Assembly: GCA_043228905.1 (NCBI GenBank)
Contig: JBHGNT010000015.1
Location: 14,446,001 to 14,510,000, forward strand
DNA: 64,000 nucleotides
DNA from: Azolla caroliniana
Lineage: Eukaryota; Plantae; Polypodiophyta
Direction of reading: 5' to 3'
Part shown: positions 47,330-59,728 of the stretch, piece after piece
Position numbering within the stretch: the stretch's first letter is position 1
Layout of the letters: each line of letters opens with the position of its first letter
Notes under the pieces: model-generated
Told to the model about the DNA's origin: nothing
The model's database searches: none
Seen by the model: the letters and a program-made list of their open reading frames with translations, nothing else
Made by a program: the position numbers and the translations under genes

Positions 47330-49784
47330 CAGAGGACTACTGAGATGGTTTCATTGCCTCTTGTCGTTGGTGATGTCAAACACCCTTCTGATTTGCTACC
47401 CCGAGATTTGGAATTCTGGCAATGCCTCCACCTTCATTCGAAATTCAACCACTTGCAATGAGTTCTCCTTTCCCTTTTATAGGGTTATGGAGCATTTCAC
47501 GCAAATAAATACAATAACTCTATTTTTAGCATGCACCTCACATTTCCCTCACCTTTGTCAACCTGCATGTATTCCTTTTCTTCAACCACCTAGTGCGAGC
47601 AAACTGTTGATCTCCATGTCCATCCATTCATATTGTTCTTGTTTGCCCTATCGAAATCTGTTTGACCTCCCTTCGTTCAAACAAGATGTAAATCCCTTGA
47701 CCTTTCATTCATAGTGTAGAATCTTGATGATTGACCCAAGCCTTTCTGTTTCTTTAACTTGATTTCGTTTTGTATCCTTGTCGTACATTTTCCCTATCCT
47801 TCAAACTTGTGAAGATTTATGTGTGGAAGCTTAACAAAACACAGTCGGCTCAACCAGCAACAATAGAGAAACATAGAGGAGAAAACCAAAAGCGGGAGAG
47901 ATAGAGAGAGTAGAAGACTAAAAACTCGATTAAAAAATAATATGCTCTATACATATAAATGTGCTCAGAGAGCACTTTTATACAAGCCTTGGTTGTGGGC
48001 TGACACAAGTACTATCAGTACTTTAATGCTCATGAATGAGCCAGACACTAACTCAGCCCATAATATTCCTATTTAATAGCATAGGAATATAGGCCCCTAA
48101 CGCTATAACTACCTACTAAACTAGGAGCATAGGCCTCTAACAGCCTACAGGCTCCACACCGATTCGGTTCTCCGATCAAATCCGGGCCTAGCCAATTTGT
48201 CTTCATTCGATCCGGCTCTAGGCTTGAGGTTCCTTCTACTCTGCCGGTTCTATCTTCAGGCTCCTCCTGGCATCTCCACACCTTGCTCGTGCTCCTCATT
48301 TGGTCTGGTCCCGTGCTCTTCAACCTCCTTGGTCGGCTTGTTTGCTCATAAGGCCCTTGTAAGCTCCATGGTGCTCCTCGACCTGTCCAACTCTTTGTTT
48401 TGGTGTCGGCTTCAACTGCCTCCCTGTCCACTTGGCCTTCTTGTAATTCGGCTCATCTGAATCAACCCATCGACCGAATTGGTTGTCTCTGATTCGTTCC
48501 TGCTCTTGTTTGAATCGGTTGTCTCCAATTTGTCATCTTTCTTCAGACCCTTGACCACATCCGACCATGTCCTAGTCTCGACCTTTTTCTTCCGGTTGGC
48601 TCTGTCCTCCTTTACTCTACCACTTGTTTCGGCTCTACTGGATGTTTCGACTTCCTCGGTCGATTCAGCACCTTTTTGGGCTCTCCTCTTGCCTTTGGCT
48701 GGCTCAATCTCCAGCTCATCATCACAATGGTTGTTCTTCCCAACTGCTCTCCCCCTCAAGTGCGGCAGATTGTGGTGCTGGATACCAAGCATCTCGGAGA
48801 AGTGTTGCAACTTGTCCATCCCAAGGGCCTTGGTGAAAATGTCTGCACCCTGGCGATCTGTTCAAACATACCTAAGTTCGACTTCACCACTCAGGACCTG
48901 TTGACGCACAAAGTAATAATGCATTTCTATGTGCTTCATGTGAGCATGGAATATAGGGTTTTTGGCTAGCTACATGCTATTGACGTTGTTGTAGTAGATC
49001 CGGATCATAATGGGAACTTCAACCCATAAGTCCTGCAACAACCGTCGGAGCCATATTGCCTCGTATGTGGCAACAATGGCTCCTCAGCACTCAATCTCGG
49101 TGCTCAACTCGACAGCTTCTTGTTGCTCCATGCTACAACCACGCTCGCAAGAGAAAACATGAAACTTGATGTCGACCGTCGATCCGTGGCGTCTTCGTCC
49201 AAGTTGCCATCTGTGTAGCCCACTAGCAGTTCGGTTATGCCATGCCAATACAAAAGTCTTCGATCCTTCATGCCGCTCACATATCACAATATTCGATACG
49301 CACACTGAAGGTGCTCGACTGTCGGTCTTTGCATGAATTGACTTATCAGACCGATCGCATAACTAAGGTCGGGTCGGGTGATCTTTAAATATATGAGGCT
49401 TCTGATAATTTGTCGGAATCGTTTCTCATCGCATGCCACTCTCGAGTCAGGATGAAGCTTGAGGCTTTTGTCAAGAGGAGTGGAGATGGATCGACAAACC
49501 GTCATCCCGAACTTGTATAACATATTCAAGACATAATGTTGTTGAGTGAGCAATATGTCGTCGAGGGTGTGGATCACTTCGATACCGAGGAAGTAATGAA
49601 GGTCCCCTAAATCCTTCATTTCAAATTCGTCTAACAACTGAGACTTGGCCGATTTCAGCAAGGTCGGGCCCGGTGACGACCAGGTCATCCACGCACAACA
49701 ATATGCACAACAGACTTTTCGAACCTTCCGGATGAAGGAAGAGTCGGATTTTGAGACCTCAAACCCCATCTTATGCAACCATTG

Positions 49785-50132
49785 TGTTGGGATTTCGGTC
49801 CCTCCGGATGGGATGTCCGGAGATGAATGACGGCAAGCCCGGTTGCGGTTACGGAACCGGAGGATGAAGAGTACCCGGCATGAAGCCGGATGAAGAGTAC
49901 CCGGCTACGGAGCCGGAAGATGAAGACCCCGGCTACGGAGCCGGATGACGAATGTACCCGGAGAGAGATCCGGATGCGGGGACATATTTATGAATATGTT
50001 TGCCAAGGGCCCTTGAGGCTATATTTGTAAATAGCCCGAAAGTCATATGTGTATAAATATGACTTAGGGCAAACAGTTTAGTGTTGTTACTCATTTTTCT
50101 GGTTTTCCACTTAGAGGGAGCTAAGTGAGCAG

Positions 50133-50163
<31 letters not shown>

Positions 50164-53100
50164 GAAGAGGTCGTTGCCTCTGTGTATTACCGCCGCCTGT
50201 GGCGAAGACAGTGAGCTCAAGGTTGTTGCCTTGTAGCTTCGCCATTGTACATCTCTGCTTATAGTGATAGTTGGAGTTTGAGGACTCCCGTGGTTTTTCC
50301 CATTTAGGGTTTTCCACGTAAAACACCCTGTGTACTCTTCTCTCTATTGTCTTCGTGCATTTTGTATCTCCTGTTTTCTGTGAGTTGATCCTATTCCTCG
50401 GTTGTGGCCGAGCACTGTGTTCAACAAAGTGGTATCAGAGCGACGGTAACACAGAAAATGGAAGGCGGCGGTAGTGGGCCTCCGGGCATGATGGTGTTGA
50501 ACTCACAGAACTACGCCGACTGGAAGATAAAGATGGAAGACCTTCTCATCGTCCGAGACCTGTATGAACCGATCGACAATGCCGAGATACCCAAGGGGGT
50601 AATAGAGTCGGAGTGGAAGCTCCTGAACCGGAAAGCCGTAGCGACGATCCGGCAATATGTCGATGTAAGTGTTCTGCAACATGTGGCGAACGATACGAAT
50701 GCCTATGAGATGTGGCAGAAGCTGTCCGGACTGTATGAGAGGAAGAATGCTCTGACCCGGACCTCCCTGATGAGGAAGATAGTGAATCTTAAGTACCGGG
50801 ACGGCGAGAGCATGGTCGAACACGTCAGCACGTTCATGGGATTCGTGAACCAGCTTGCGGCGATCAAGTTCCCGTTAGATGACGCAATGCAAGCCATCAT
50901 GCTGATGTGTACCCTTCCGGAGAGCTGGGAGAACTTGGTAGTTACTCTCAGCACCTCCTGTAAGGAAGAGAACTTGTCTTTACTTACGGTAAAGACAAGT
51001 ATTCTAAATGAAGAAGCGCGTCGGAAAGATAAAGAACCGGCCTCCGACTCGAAGGCGCTGCTTACCGAATCGGAACGGGGAAGACAACGGAACCGGAGTC
51101 CGCAAAGACGGGAGAAGTCGGGGACACGGTCGCAGTCGAGGGGAAGACCTACATGCTTCTACTGTGGGAAGCCGGGGCACTTCCAGAAGAACTGTCGGCA
51201 TTTCCGGAAAGACAACGGAACCGACGGTACCGATTCGAAGAAGTCACCGGAGCGAAACGGTGCATACCGGGGAGCCACGGACCGGAGAGGTCCGGATCGG
51301 CGAGGGCAGGACCGGAAAGGAACGACGGCACTCGCGGCAAGTGAAGAAGAGATAATGCTCATTACCGAAGAGAGGGAGCTGAACCTTGCCGGTGAAGAGA
51401 TGACCTGGGTGGTCGATTCCGGAGCGTCGTTCCACCTGACCCCGGAGAAGAAATACTTCTCATCCTACACAGCCGGTGAGCACGGCTGTGTCCGGATGGG
51501 AGATGAAGGTACATGCCGGATTGCCGGCATAGGAGACGTGTGGCTGATGACATCAACCGGATGCAAAATGTTGTTGAAGGATGTCTGACACGTTCCGGAG
51601 GTTCGATTGAACCTGATTTCGGCCGGGAGGCTAGACGATGAAGGCTACACAGGTAGCATCCGGAACGGCGTAATGAAGTTCAGCAAGGGGAGCCTGATAG
51701 TGGCTCGGGCCCGGAAAGTCAACACACTGTACCTTATGAATGCCTGGTTGTGTCCGGAGGAGTTGAACGTGGCAGCCGACACTGCCGGTGAGCTGTGGCA
51801 CAAGAGACTGTGCCACATGAGTGAGAAGGGGATGAAGAGGCTTGCAGAAGACAACCTTATTCCAGTGAAGCACGTGCACCTGGAGAAGTGCATCGATTGC
51901 TTGGCCGGTAAGATGAACCGAACCTCCTTCCACTCAAGGCCACCGACGAGACGTAGCGCACCATTGGAGTTGGTGCACACTGACGTGTGTCAAGTAGAAA
52001 CGAAGTCACATGGCGGAGCCCAGTACTTCGTGACATTCATTGATGATCACAGCCGGAAGCTGTGGACGGCACCGTTGAAGACAAAGGACCAAGTGTTGTG
52101 CGTCTTCAAAGAACTCCACGCGAGAGTGGAAAGGGAATCCGGCAAGAAGCTGAAAGCGATACGAGCGGATAACGGAGGGGAATACCGAGGGCAGTTCGAG
52201 GAGTATTATCGCTCGAAGGGAATCCAGCTCGAGTTTACTGTGCCGAAGACGCCGGAACTGAACGGGCTGGCCGAGAGGATGAACCAGACCATAATGGAGA
52301 GGGTCCGGAGCATGCTGGCGCATGCGAAATTACCCAAGGGGTTTTGGGCTGAGGCAATGTCGACGGCGACTTACGTGATAAACAGATCACCCTCAGTACC
52401 TTTGGACGGAGACACGCCGCAGAGAGTGTGGACCGGTAGGGAAGTATCCTACCGGCATCTGAAGGTGTTCGGGTGTCTCGCATATGTGCATGTGGCAAAG
52501 GACCGGAGAGGAAAGCTAGATCCAAAGACCCGGCCATGCATATTCCTCGGTTACGGCGACGACGAGTTCGGCTACCGTGTATGGGACCCGGTCGACAAAA
52601 GGATATTCCGGAGTCGTGATATCATCTTCATGGAGGACAAGACACTCGCCGACTGGGAGTCGGAGAAGAAGATGAAGAGCTCCAAGTCGACCAGTAAGGA
52701 TCAACTCTACGAGGAGCAGTCCCGACCGGCAAGGGACCGTTTAGCACTCGAGGATCCGGCCGAAGACGGTGAAGAAACAGAACCGGCCGAGGAAGATGAA
52801 ACTGATACCGGAACCGGCCCCGATCCCGAAATGGATTCGGACGAAGAGGAAACGGAGGAGCCGGTTACCGAAGCTCCAGAACGGAGATATCCTCTAAGAG
52901 AGAGAAGGGCCCCCCGAAGATTTCCGGAACCAGAGCACGTGCTGCTAACCGACGAAGGGGAGCCGGAGAGTTTTGAAGAAGCAAAGCTTGACACCCATAG
53001 CCGCAGGTGGTTAAGTGCCATGCAGGAGGAGATGGATTCCCTGCATGAGAACCACACATATGAACTTGTGGAGTTGCCGAAAGGAAAGCGGGCACTTCGA

Positions 53101-54889
53101 AACAAGTGGGTGTTCAAGCTGAAACCGGGAGATGCCGGAAACCCCCCGAGATACAAAGCCAGGATCGTGGTGAAGGGGTTCCAGCAGAAGAAGGGCGTCG
53201 ACTTCGACGAGATATTTGCCCCGGTAGTGAAGATGACCTCCATCCGGACGGTGCTGAGCATAGCGGCAAGCATGGACCTCGAGGTAGAACAGATGGACGT
53301 GAAGACGGCATTCCTTCACGGTGACCTCGAAGAAGAGATCTACATGCAGCAACCGGAAGGATTCGAGAAGAAAGGGAAGGAGCACCTGGTATGCCGGTTG
53401 AAGAAGAGCCTTTACGGACTGAAGTAGGCTCCCCGGCAATGGTACCGGAAGTTCGACTCCTTCATGACCGACGAAGGGTACCACAAAACGCAGTCCGATC
53501 ACTGCGTGTTTGTGAAGAAGTTCGAAGGAGGAGACTTTCTAATACTCCTCCTGTACGTGGACGACATGTTGACCGTCGAACGGGACCAGGTCAAGATACG
53601 GATGCTGAAGAAGGCGCTTCACCGAACCTTCTCAATGAAGGACTTGGGTCCGGCGAGGCAAATACTAGGGATGCACATCATCCGGGACCAGAAGAAGAAG
53701 CAGTTGTGGCTGTCACAGGAGAAGTACGTGACAAAGGTGCTTCACCGGTTCAACATGTCGGAAGCAAGACCGGTCGGGTCAACCCTCCCGGCAAACTGCA
53801 AGTTGTCCAGCAAGCAAAGCCCCAAGACAAAGGCTGAGAAGGAGGACATGATGAAAGTACCATATGCCTCTGCCGTCGGAAGCTTGATGTATGCAATGGT
53901 GTGTACAAGACCGGACATAGGATATGCAGTCGGAGTGGTGAGCCGGTACATGAGCAATCCCGGCAAAGAGCACTGGAACGCGGCCAAGTGGATACTCCGA
54001 TACCTGAAGGGCACGGCAAACGTGTGCCTCCGATTCGGCTCCGGTAAGCCCGAACTCGACGGCTTTACCGATTCGGATATGTCGGCTGATGCAGATACCA
54101 GCCGGTCCACATCAGGGTATGTGATGACGTATGCAGGGGGAGCTGTTTCGTGGCAGTCGAGGCTGCAGAAGACGGTTGCACTGTCAACCACGGAGGCGGA
54201 GTACATGGCGGCTGTTGAAGCCGGCAAGGAAATGATATGGACGAAGGACTTCATTAGAGAGCTCGGTATCCGGCAGGAGGAGTACCGACTCTACTGCGAC
54301 AGTCAGAGTGCCATCCACCTTGCGAAGAACGCGGCCTATCACTCCCGGACGAAGCACATCCAGCGAAGATATCACTGGATCCGGGAAAGGATAGAAGACC
54401 AGGAGTTCGTGCTGACGAAGATCCACACGGACGAGAACGGGTCAGATATGCTGACCAAAGTGCTCACACCCGACAAGCTGGAAGCATGCCGGAAGAGGAT
54501 CGGATTGGAGAGACATCCCATGCCGAAGTGAAGGGGGAGTTTGTTGGGATTTCGGTCCCTCCGGATGGGATGTCCGGAGATGAATGACGGCAAGCCCGGT
54601 TGCGGTTACGAAACCGGAGGATGAAGAGTACCCGGCATGAAGCCGGATGAAGAGTACCCGGCTACGGAGCCGGAAGATGAAGACCCCGGCTACGGAGCCG
54701 GATGACGAATGTACCCGGAGAGAGATCCGGATGCGGGGACATATTTATGAATATGTTTGCCAAGGGCCCTTGAGGCTATATTTGTAAATAGCCCGAAAGT
54801 CATATGTGTATAAATATGACTTAGGGCAAACAGTTTAGTGTTGTTACTCATTTTTCTGGTTTTCCACTTAGAGGGAGCTAAGTGAGCAG

Positions 54890-54922
<33 letters not shown>

Positions 54923-55185
54923 GAAGAGGTCGTTGCCTCTGTGTATTACCGCCGCCTGTGGCGAAGACAGTGAGCTCAAGGTTGTTGCCTTGTAGCTTCG
55001 CCATTGTACATCTCTGCTTATAGTGATAGTTGGAGTTTGAGGACTCCCGTGGTTTTTCCCATTTAGGGTTTTCCACGTAAAACACCTTGTGTACTCTTCT
55101 CTCTATTGTCTTCGTGCATTTTGTATCTCCTGTTTTCTGTGAGTTGATCCTATTCCTCGGTTGTGGCCGAGCACTGTGTTCAACA
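49785..55185 (+). mobile_element. Element G: young Ty1/copia, close relative of D
   Basis: LTRs 49785-50426 and 54542-55185 (2 substitutions plus one GA unit). Perfect TSD CATTG. iMet PBS at 50430-50441; PPT before 54542. Confidence 0.96.
50458..54531 (+). pseudogene. Gag-Pol of G with two in-frame stops (51586-51588 TGA, 53425-53427 TAG)
   Basis: Collinear with D, which has CGA and CAG at those codons. Confidence 0.92.
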
Positions 55186-55374
55186 CATTGCGTGATTTTG
55201 GAGTTTCAAGTGAGGCCATAAAGTGACTTCTTTAGTCGGCATACTGCCGACTTGTTCAACTCCGACTAAAAACCGAGGAGTTGGACCATAAATACCTATT
55301 CTTCAAGTTCACCTTGAAGAAACGAGTTCTTAATGTCCATTTGGTGGAGATGTCACCCCCTTGTAGCTGCTACT

Positions 55375-55659
55375 TATAGAGGGTTTGGTAGGTGTGTGCG
55401 TATGTGGAAGCGTATGAGAACCTGTTTGTGTACTTGGAAAACAACACAGAAAAGGAGGAAGGCAGAGACTTACACAGAAATGAGCTTTAATGGAAAGCTT
55501 TATTACGTTCTCTCTCTCTCTCTCTCTCAGAGTCTTGATACAATGTGTATCTCTTCTATCTTTACAACGTTAGTTTATTGCTTATATATTAAGCCCTAAC
55601 TATGTGGACGAGTTCACACTAGGACAGATACAAATTGGAAGGAGTCGGGCTTTTATGCA
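55375..55659. mobile_element. Probable 285-bp solo LTR inserted in the RT of H
   Basis: Perfect TSD CTACT (55370-55374 and 55660-55664), TA...CA ends. Removing it restores VLVVAATRG*HLHQMDIKN. Confidence 0.72.
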
Positions 55660-56254
55660 CTACTACTAGCACCACATGAACTATCATCATCTTTGCCACC
55701 GGTGTGAAGGTCTCGTCGTAGTCAATATTGTGGATCTGCGTGTATCCCTTGGTAACCAATCGGGCCTTATACTGGTTGATTGAATTGTCAGCATGGTACT
55801 TTACTTTGTACACCCATTTGCATCCGATCAGTTTGTAGTGTCGGGGAGGGTCAACCAAGTCCCATGTCTTGTTGGTATCAAGTGCCCAGATTTCTTCCTC
55901 CATGGCCAATCGCCACTTGGCATCCTGTGATGCCTCTACATAGTTTTTCGGCTCGCGTACTTTTGCCACTTTCGACATGTATGCATAGTGATGCATGATG
56001 TACTCATTGTATCCATACCGGATCACCAGGTTCTTGTGGCGAGTCGATTGGAGTAACTTCTCATTTGCCGATTTTAGGGCCCTCTTGGTTGCATTTGTCC
56101 TCACCTCTTGAGCCTCCTTTTCACTAAATTTAGTGTCGGATTCTCCCTAATATGACACACGTTTGTCTATGTCATACTCCAATATCTTCATCTTCCCCTT
56201 TTCTTTGCGTGTATACATTCTTCTCTGTGTGTGTCTCTTCGATATGTACATATA

Positions 56255-57195
56255 TCTTACCCCCAACCGTAAGTGCTTCGCATCTTACAGAGTCAGAGAT
56301 CACGGATGTGTGAGGATGGGGAATGAAGGTGCATGCCGAATTGTCGCCATAGGAGTCGTCTGGATAACGACGTCAACCGAGTGCAAGTTGTTGCTGAAAG
56401 ATGTCTGACACGTTCCGGAGGTCCGGTTGAACCTGATATGAACCGGTCGACTGGATGATGAAGGCTACACGGGTAGCATCCGGAACAGAGTCATGAAGTT
56501 CAGTAAAGGAATCTTGATCGCGGCCCGAGTCCAAAAGATCAACACTCTATACTTGATGCATGGCCGGATTTGCGTGAAGGAGGTAAATGTGGCAGTGGAA
56601 ACTGCAGGTGAGTTGTGGCACAAGAGGCAGAAAGGAATGAGCAAACTTGTTGAGGATAACCTCATTCTGGAGTTGAAAGACATGCAACTTGAGAAGCACA
56701 CCAATTGTTTGGCCAACAACCAGAACCGAACCTCTATCTAAACCCGACCATCGACAAGACGAGAAAAACTGTGGGAGATCATGCATACCAATGTATGCCA
56801 GGTGAACACGAAATCACATGTTGGGTCGTAGTACTTCACGACGTTCATAGATGACCACAACCGGAAGTTGTGGCTCTCACCGTTGAAGACTAAGGATCAG
56901 GTATTGACCATCTCCAAGGAGTTCCGTGCGAGAGTGGAAAGAGAAATTGGCCGGAAGCTGAAGGTTGTTCGAGTCGACAACGGTGGAGAGTACCAAGGGA
57001 GATTCGAGGTATATTGTCAATAAAAAAGAATCTGGCTCGAATTTACCGTGTAGAAGACGTAGGAACTGAATGGATTGGCCGAAAGGATGAATCGAACCAT
57101 GATGGAGACGGTTCGGAGCATGCTGGCACATGTTATGTTTTCCAAGACGTTTTGGGCTAAGGCGGTGATGACAGTGACCTATGTGATAAACATAT
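56255..57195 (+). pseudogene. Degenerate PR-IN fragment of a more distant D/G-family copia
   Basis: HGCVRMGNEG, AGELWHKR and ELNGLAERMNRT motifs with many stops. Confidence 0.8.
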
Positions 57196-59728
57196 TGTCA
57201 TGATATGGCAAGACTCGAACCCATGACCTTATGCTACATGGGTCGAGCTCTTACCATTAGACTATGAATTGTATTTTGTAGGATATTATTTTCATTTATG
57301 CTTTATCATAGAAAATTGATGTATATTCCAGATCTCTCTGGAACATTCTAGAAGCTTCAGGATTATTTCTAAAAACACTATAAAAAGAGGCACAAGGCAT
57401 TGTTTTGAACCAAATTGGTTCAACACCAATCTTAAGCCTCTTAGCCGATTTGTACTTATCTTTCATATAATATAAGAGCTATTGTCATCATCCTATTTCT
57501 CTCTCTCTCCTCTTCTCACTTCCTCTCTCTCGGGAATCTTACGCAGTCCCGTCCTCTTAGTACTAATAGTACTAGTCTTCTTAGTACTAATTCCATCTCT
57601 GCTTTAGTACTATTCCCGACAGTTTGAACCAATTTTCTTCCTCTTTCCTCCAACCTACTTGTCGTTCTCCCTCATCCTCCTATCCTTTTCCCCCTACTAT
57701 GGCTACTGTTAGCGCCCAAGAATATCAATCCGTTTTCTCCGAGTTACAGTGCCTAAAAGAAAAGTTTGTTGCCCTGGAACAAGAAAACCAACGGCTGATA
57801 GGGGATCTGCAACAAATCGCTCTAGAAAAGCAACAAACGCAGCAACAACATGGGGAGTTAGCGTTACAGGTGCAACAACTCGAAGCGGCATTGCAACAAC
57901 AAGGATCAAGTCCCCAAGGATTTCATAAAGAGCCGAAGATTGGACTTCCTGTGAAATTTGATGGAACGCGATCGCAATTCAGGGGATTCCTTAATCAGGT
58001 ACGATTAGTCCTCCAAATGCATCCTTCTCGATACCCCACTGATGCATCCCGAGTCGGCTTAATAGGCACGTTGCTTAGCGGCTCAGCCTTAGCATGGTTC
58101 GCTCCGCTTCTAGAAAAACAATCGCCCTTGCTTAATAACTTTGAAGATTTTATTAGTGAGTTCAAAGCCTGCTTTGGAGACACCGACAGCATCAGGACGG
58201 CGATCAACAAGATCCGGCGATTGCATCAAGGCGATCGTCCAGCCTCTGCCTATGCGGCGGATTTCCGCCTACTCGCTTCCGACATACCCTGGGATGATCA
58301 AGCACTAATGGAGTAGTTTCGCTATGGCCTGCGAAATGATGTCAAAGATCTACTTCTAACCTTCCCCGAAGAACCAAAGTCTCTTACGGAGGCAATCAGT
58401 CGAGCGGTCCGATGTGACAACCGCCTCTTCGAACGGCGTTCGGAACGTCAATTACAAATACCACGCGCTAGGCCGGAGCCCACTTACGCCGCAGTCGCGG
58501 CTAGACCATTTGCACGAGACATTCCTCAAGCAAATACTTCGACACCAATGGAGATCGATACCATGCGTCGACGCGGCCCGTTATCGGAAGAAGAAAAGCA
58601 ACGACGACGTGCAAATCGATTATGTCTTTATTGCGGTGGACCAGGGCATATCGCAATCAATTGTCACCATAGGCCAAGAAGACAGGCAAATCAAATTGTA
58701 GCCTGTACTAAACCCGAGTCAATTCTTCCTTTAGGAGTGTCTGATGGTATTAATAGTACTAATAGAGTGTTTGATAGTATTCATAGTACTAATAGCCCAA
58801 GTATCTCAAATAAATTTGAAATCCTTAGTCAATTAGATGAAGAGTTAAACGATTGAGTCCAGCCAAAATAGGAGCCGTTTGGTTGGACAACAGCCCTAGA
58901 TCTGTACAACCCATTAGTGGTTCCATTCCTTCCAAGCAAGTTAGCAATGTGTTCCTAGCCCAAGTCATTGTTAGTACTAAAAGTACTCCCCCAGTACCCG
59001 TCCTAGCACTTTTAGATTCCGGAGCTAATTCCTTTTTCATGGATCGAAATTTTGCCCAAGCTTCTCAGATATCCTTAAGAAAACTTCCTTGTCCCGCATC
59101 TATAGTAGTCATTGATGGTCGTCCCATTGCTTCCGGGAATATTGTAGAAGAATCAGAACCCATTCAAGTTGTCCTAGGTAGTTTTGTGTGTGTAATATCA
59201 TTTAATATAATTAGTAGTCCAGAGCATCCCATTGTCCTAGGATTACCTTGGTTTGAATTACATAATCCAGCCATAGATTGGAGAACAAGAGAAGTCCAAT
59301 ATCGACCACCCCAAGAATCAACTCACCAAGTTTCGACCATTTCACTCCATCAACTACGCGAAGAAGGACCCAAGGAGGCAATGTTCCTATTTGCAATATC
59401 AGTACATCCTTCCAGCACTATTAAGAAGGACTCCTCAGTACAACTTCCAGCAGAATATCATCCTTATGCCGATGTATTTGACAAGGTAAAAGCCGGTACC
59501 CTTCCTCATCACCGTCCCTATGACTGTCCCATCGATTTACAACCAGGAACCGAGCCACCATGGGGACCAATTTACAACTTGTCACCCACCGAGTTAGAAG
59601 TCCTTCGAGCCTACATAGAGGAGAACTTGGCAAGCGGGTTCATCCGCCATTCGAAATCTCCGGCCGGTGCACCCATCTTCTTTGTCAAGAAGAAAGATGG
59701 CTCACTTCGTCTTGTCGTTGATTACCGC
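57196..59728 (+). mobile_element. Element C2: 3'-truncated relative of chromovirus C (5' LTR 57196-57621; gag 57699-58856 with stop at 58316; PR-RT start)
   Basis: LTR, gag and pol are homologous to C. Ends abruptly at LRLVVDYR. Confidence 0.9.

Larger units (their letters stand above)
47822..56150 (-). mobile_element. Element H: degenerate, 5'-truncated Ty1/copia (RT-RH plus probable 3' LTR at about 47822-48745), host of G and a solo LTR
   Basis: RT/RH remnants at 48760-49784, 55191-55374 and 55660-56104 (KWVYKVK, MKDLG.LHYFLG, ADIFTKAL). PPT-like TTGAGGGGGAG near 48750-48760. LTR limits are uncertain. Confidence 0.7.

Noticed and set aside
47822-48158. TGTGGA...TCCACA segment as an independent solo LTR
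   Set aside because: No TSD (TTATG versus CCGAT); better read as part of the H LTR.
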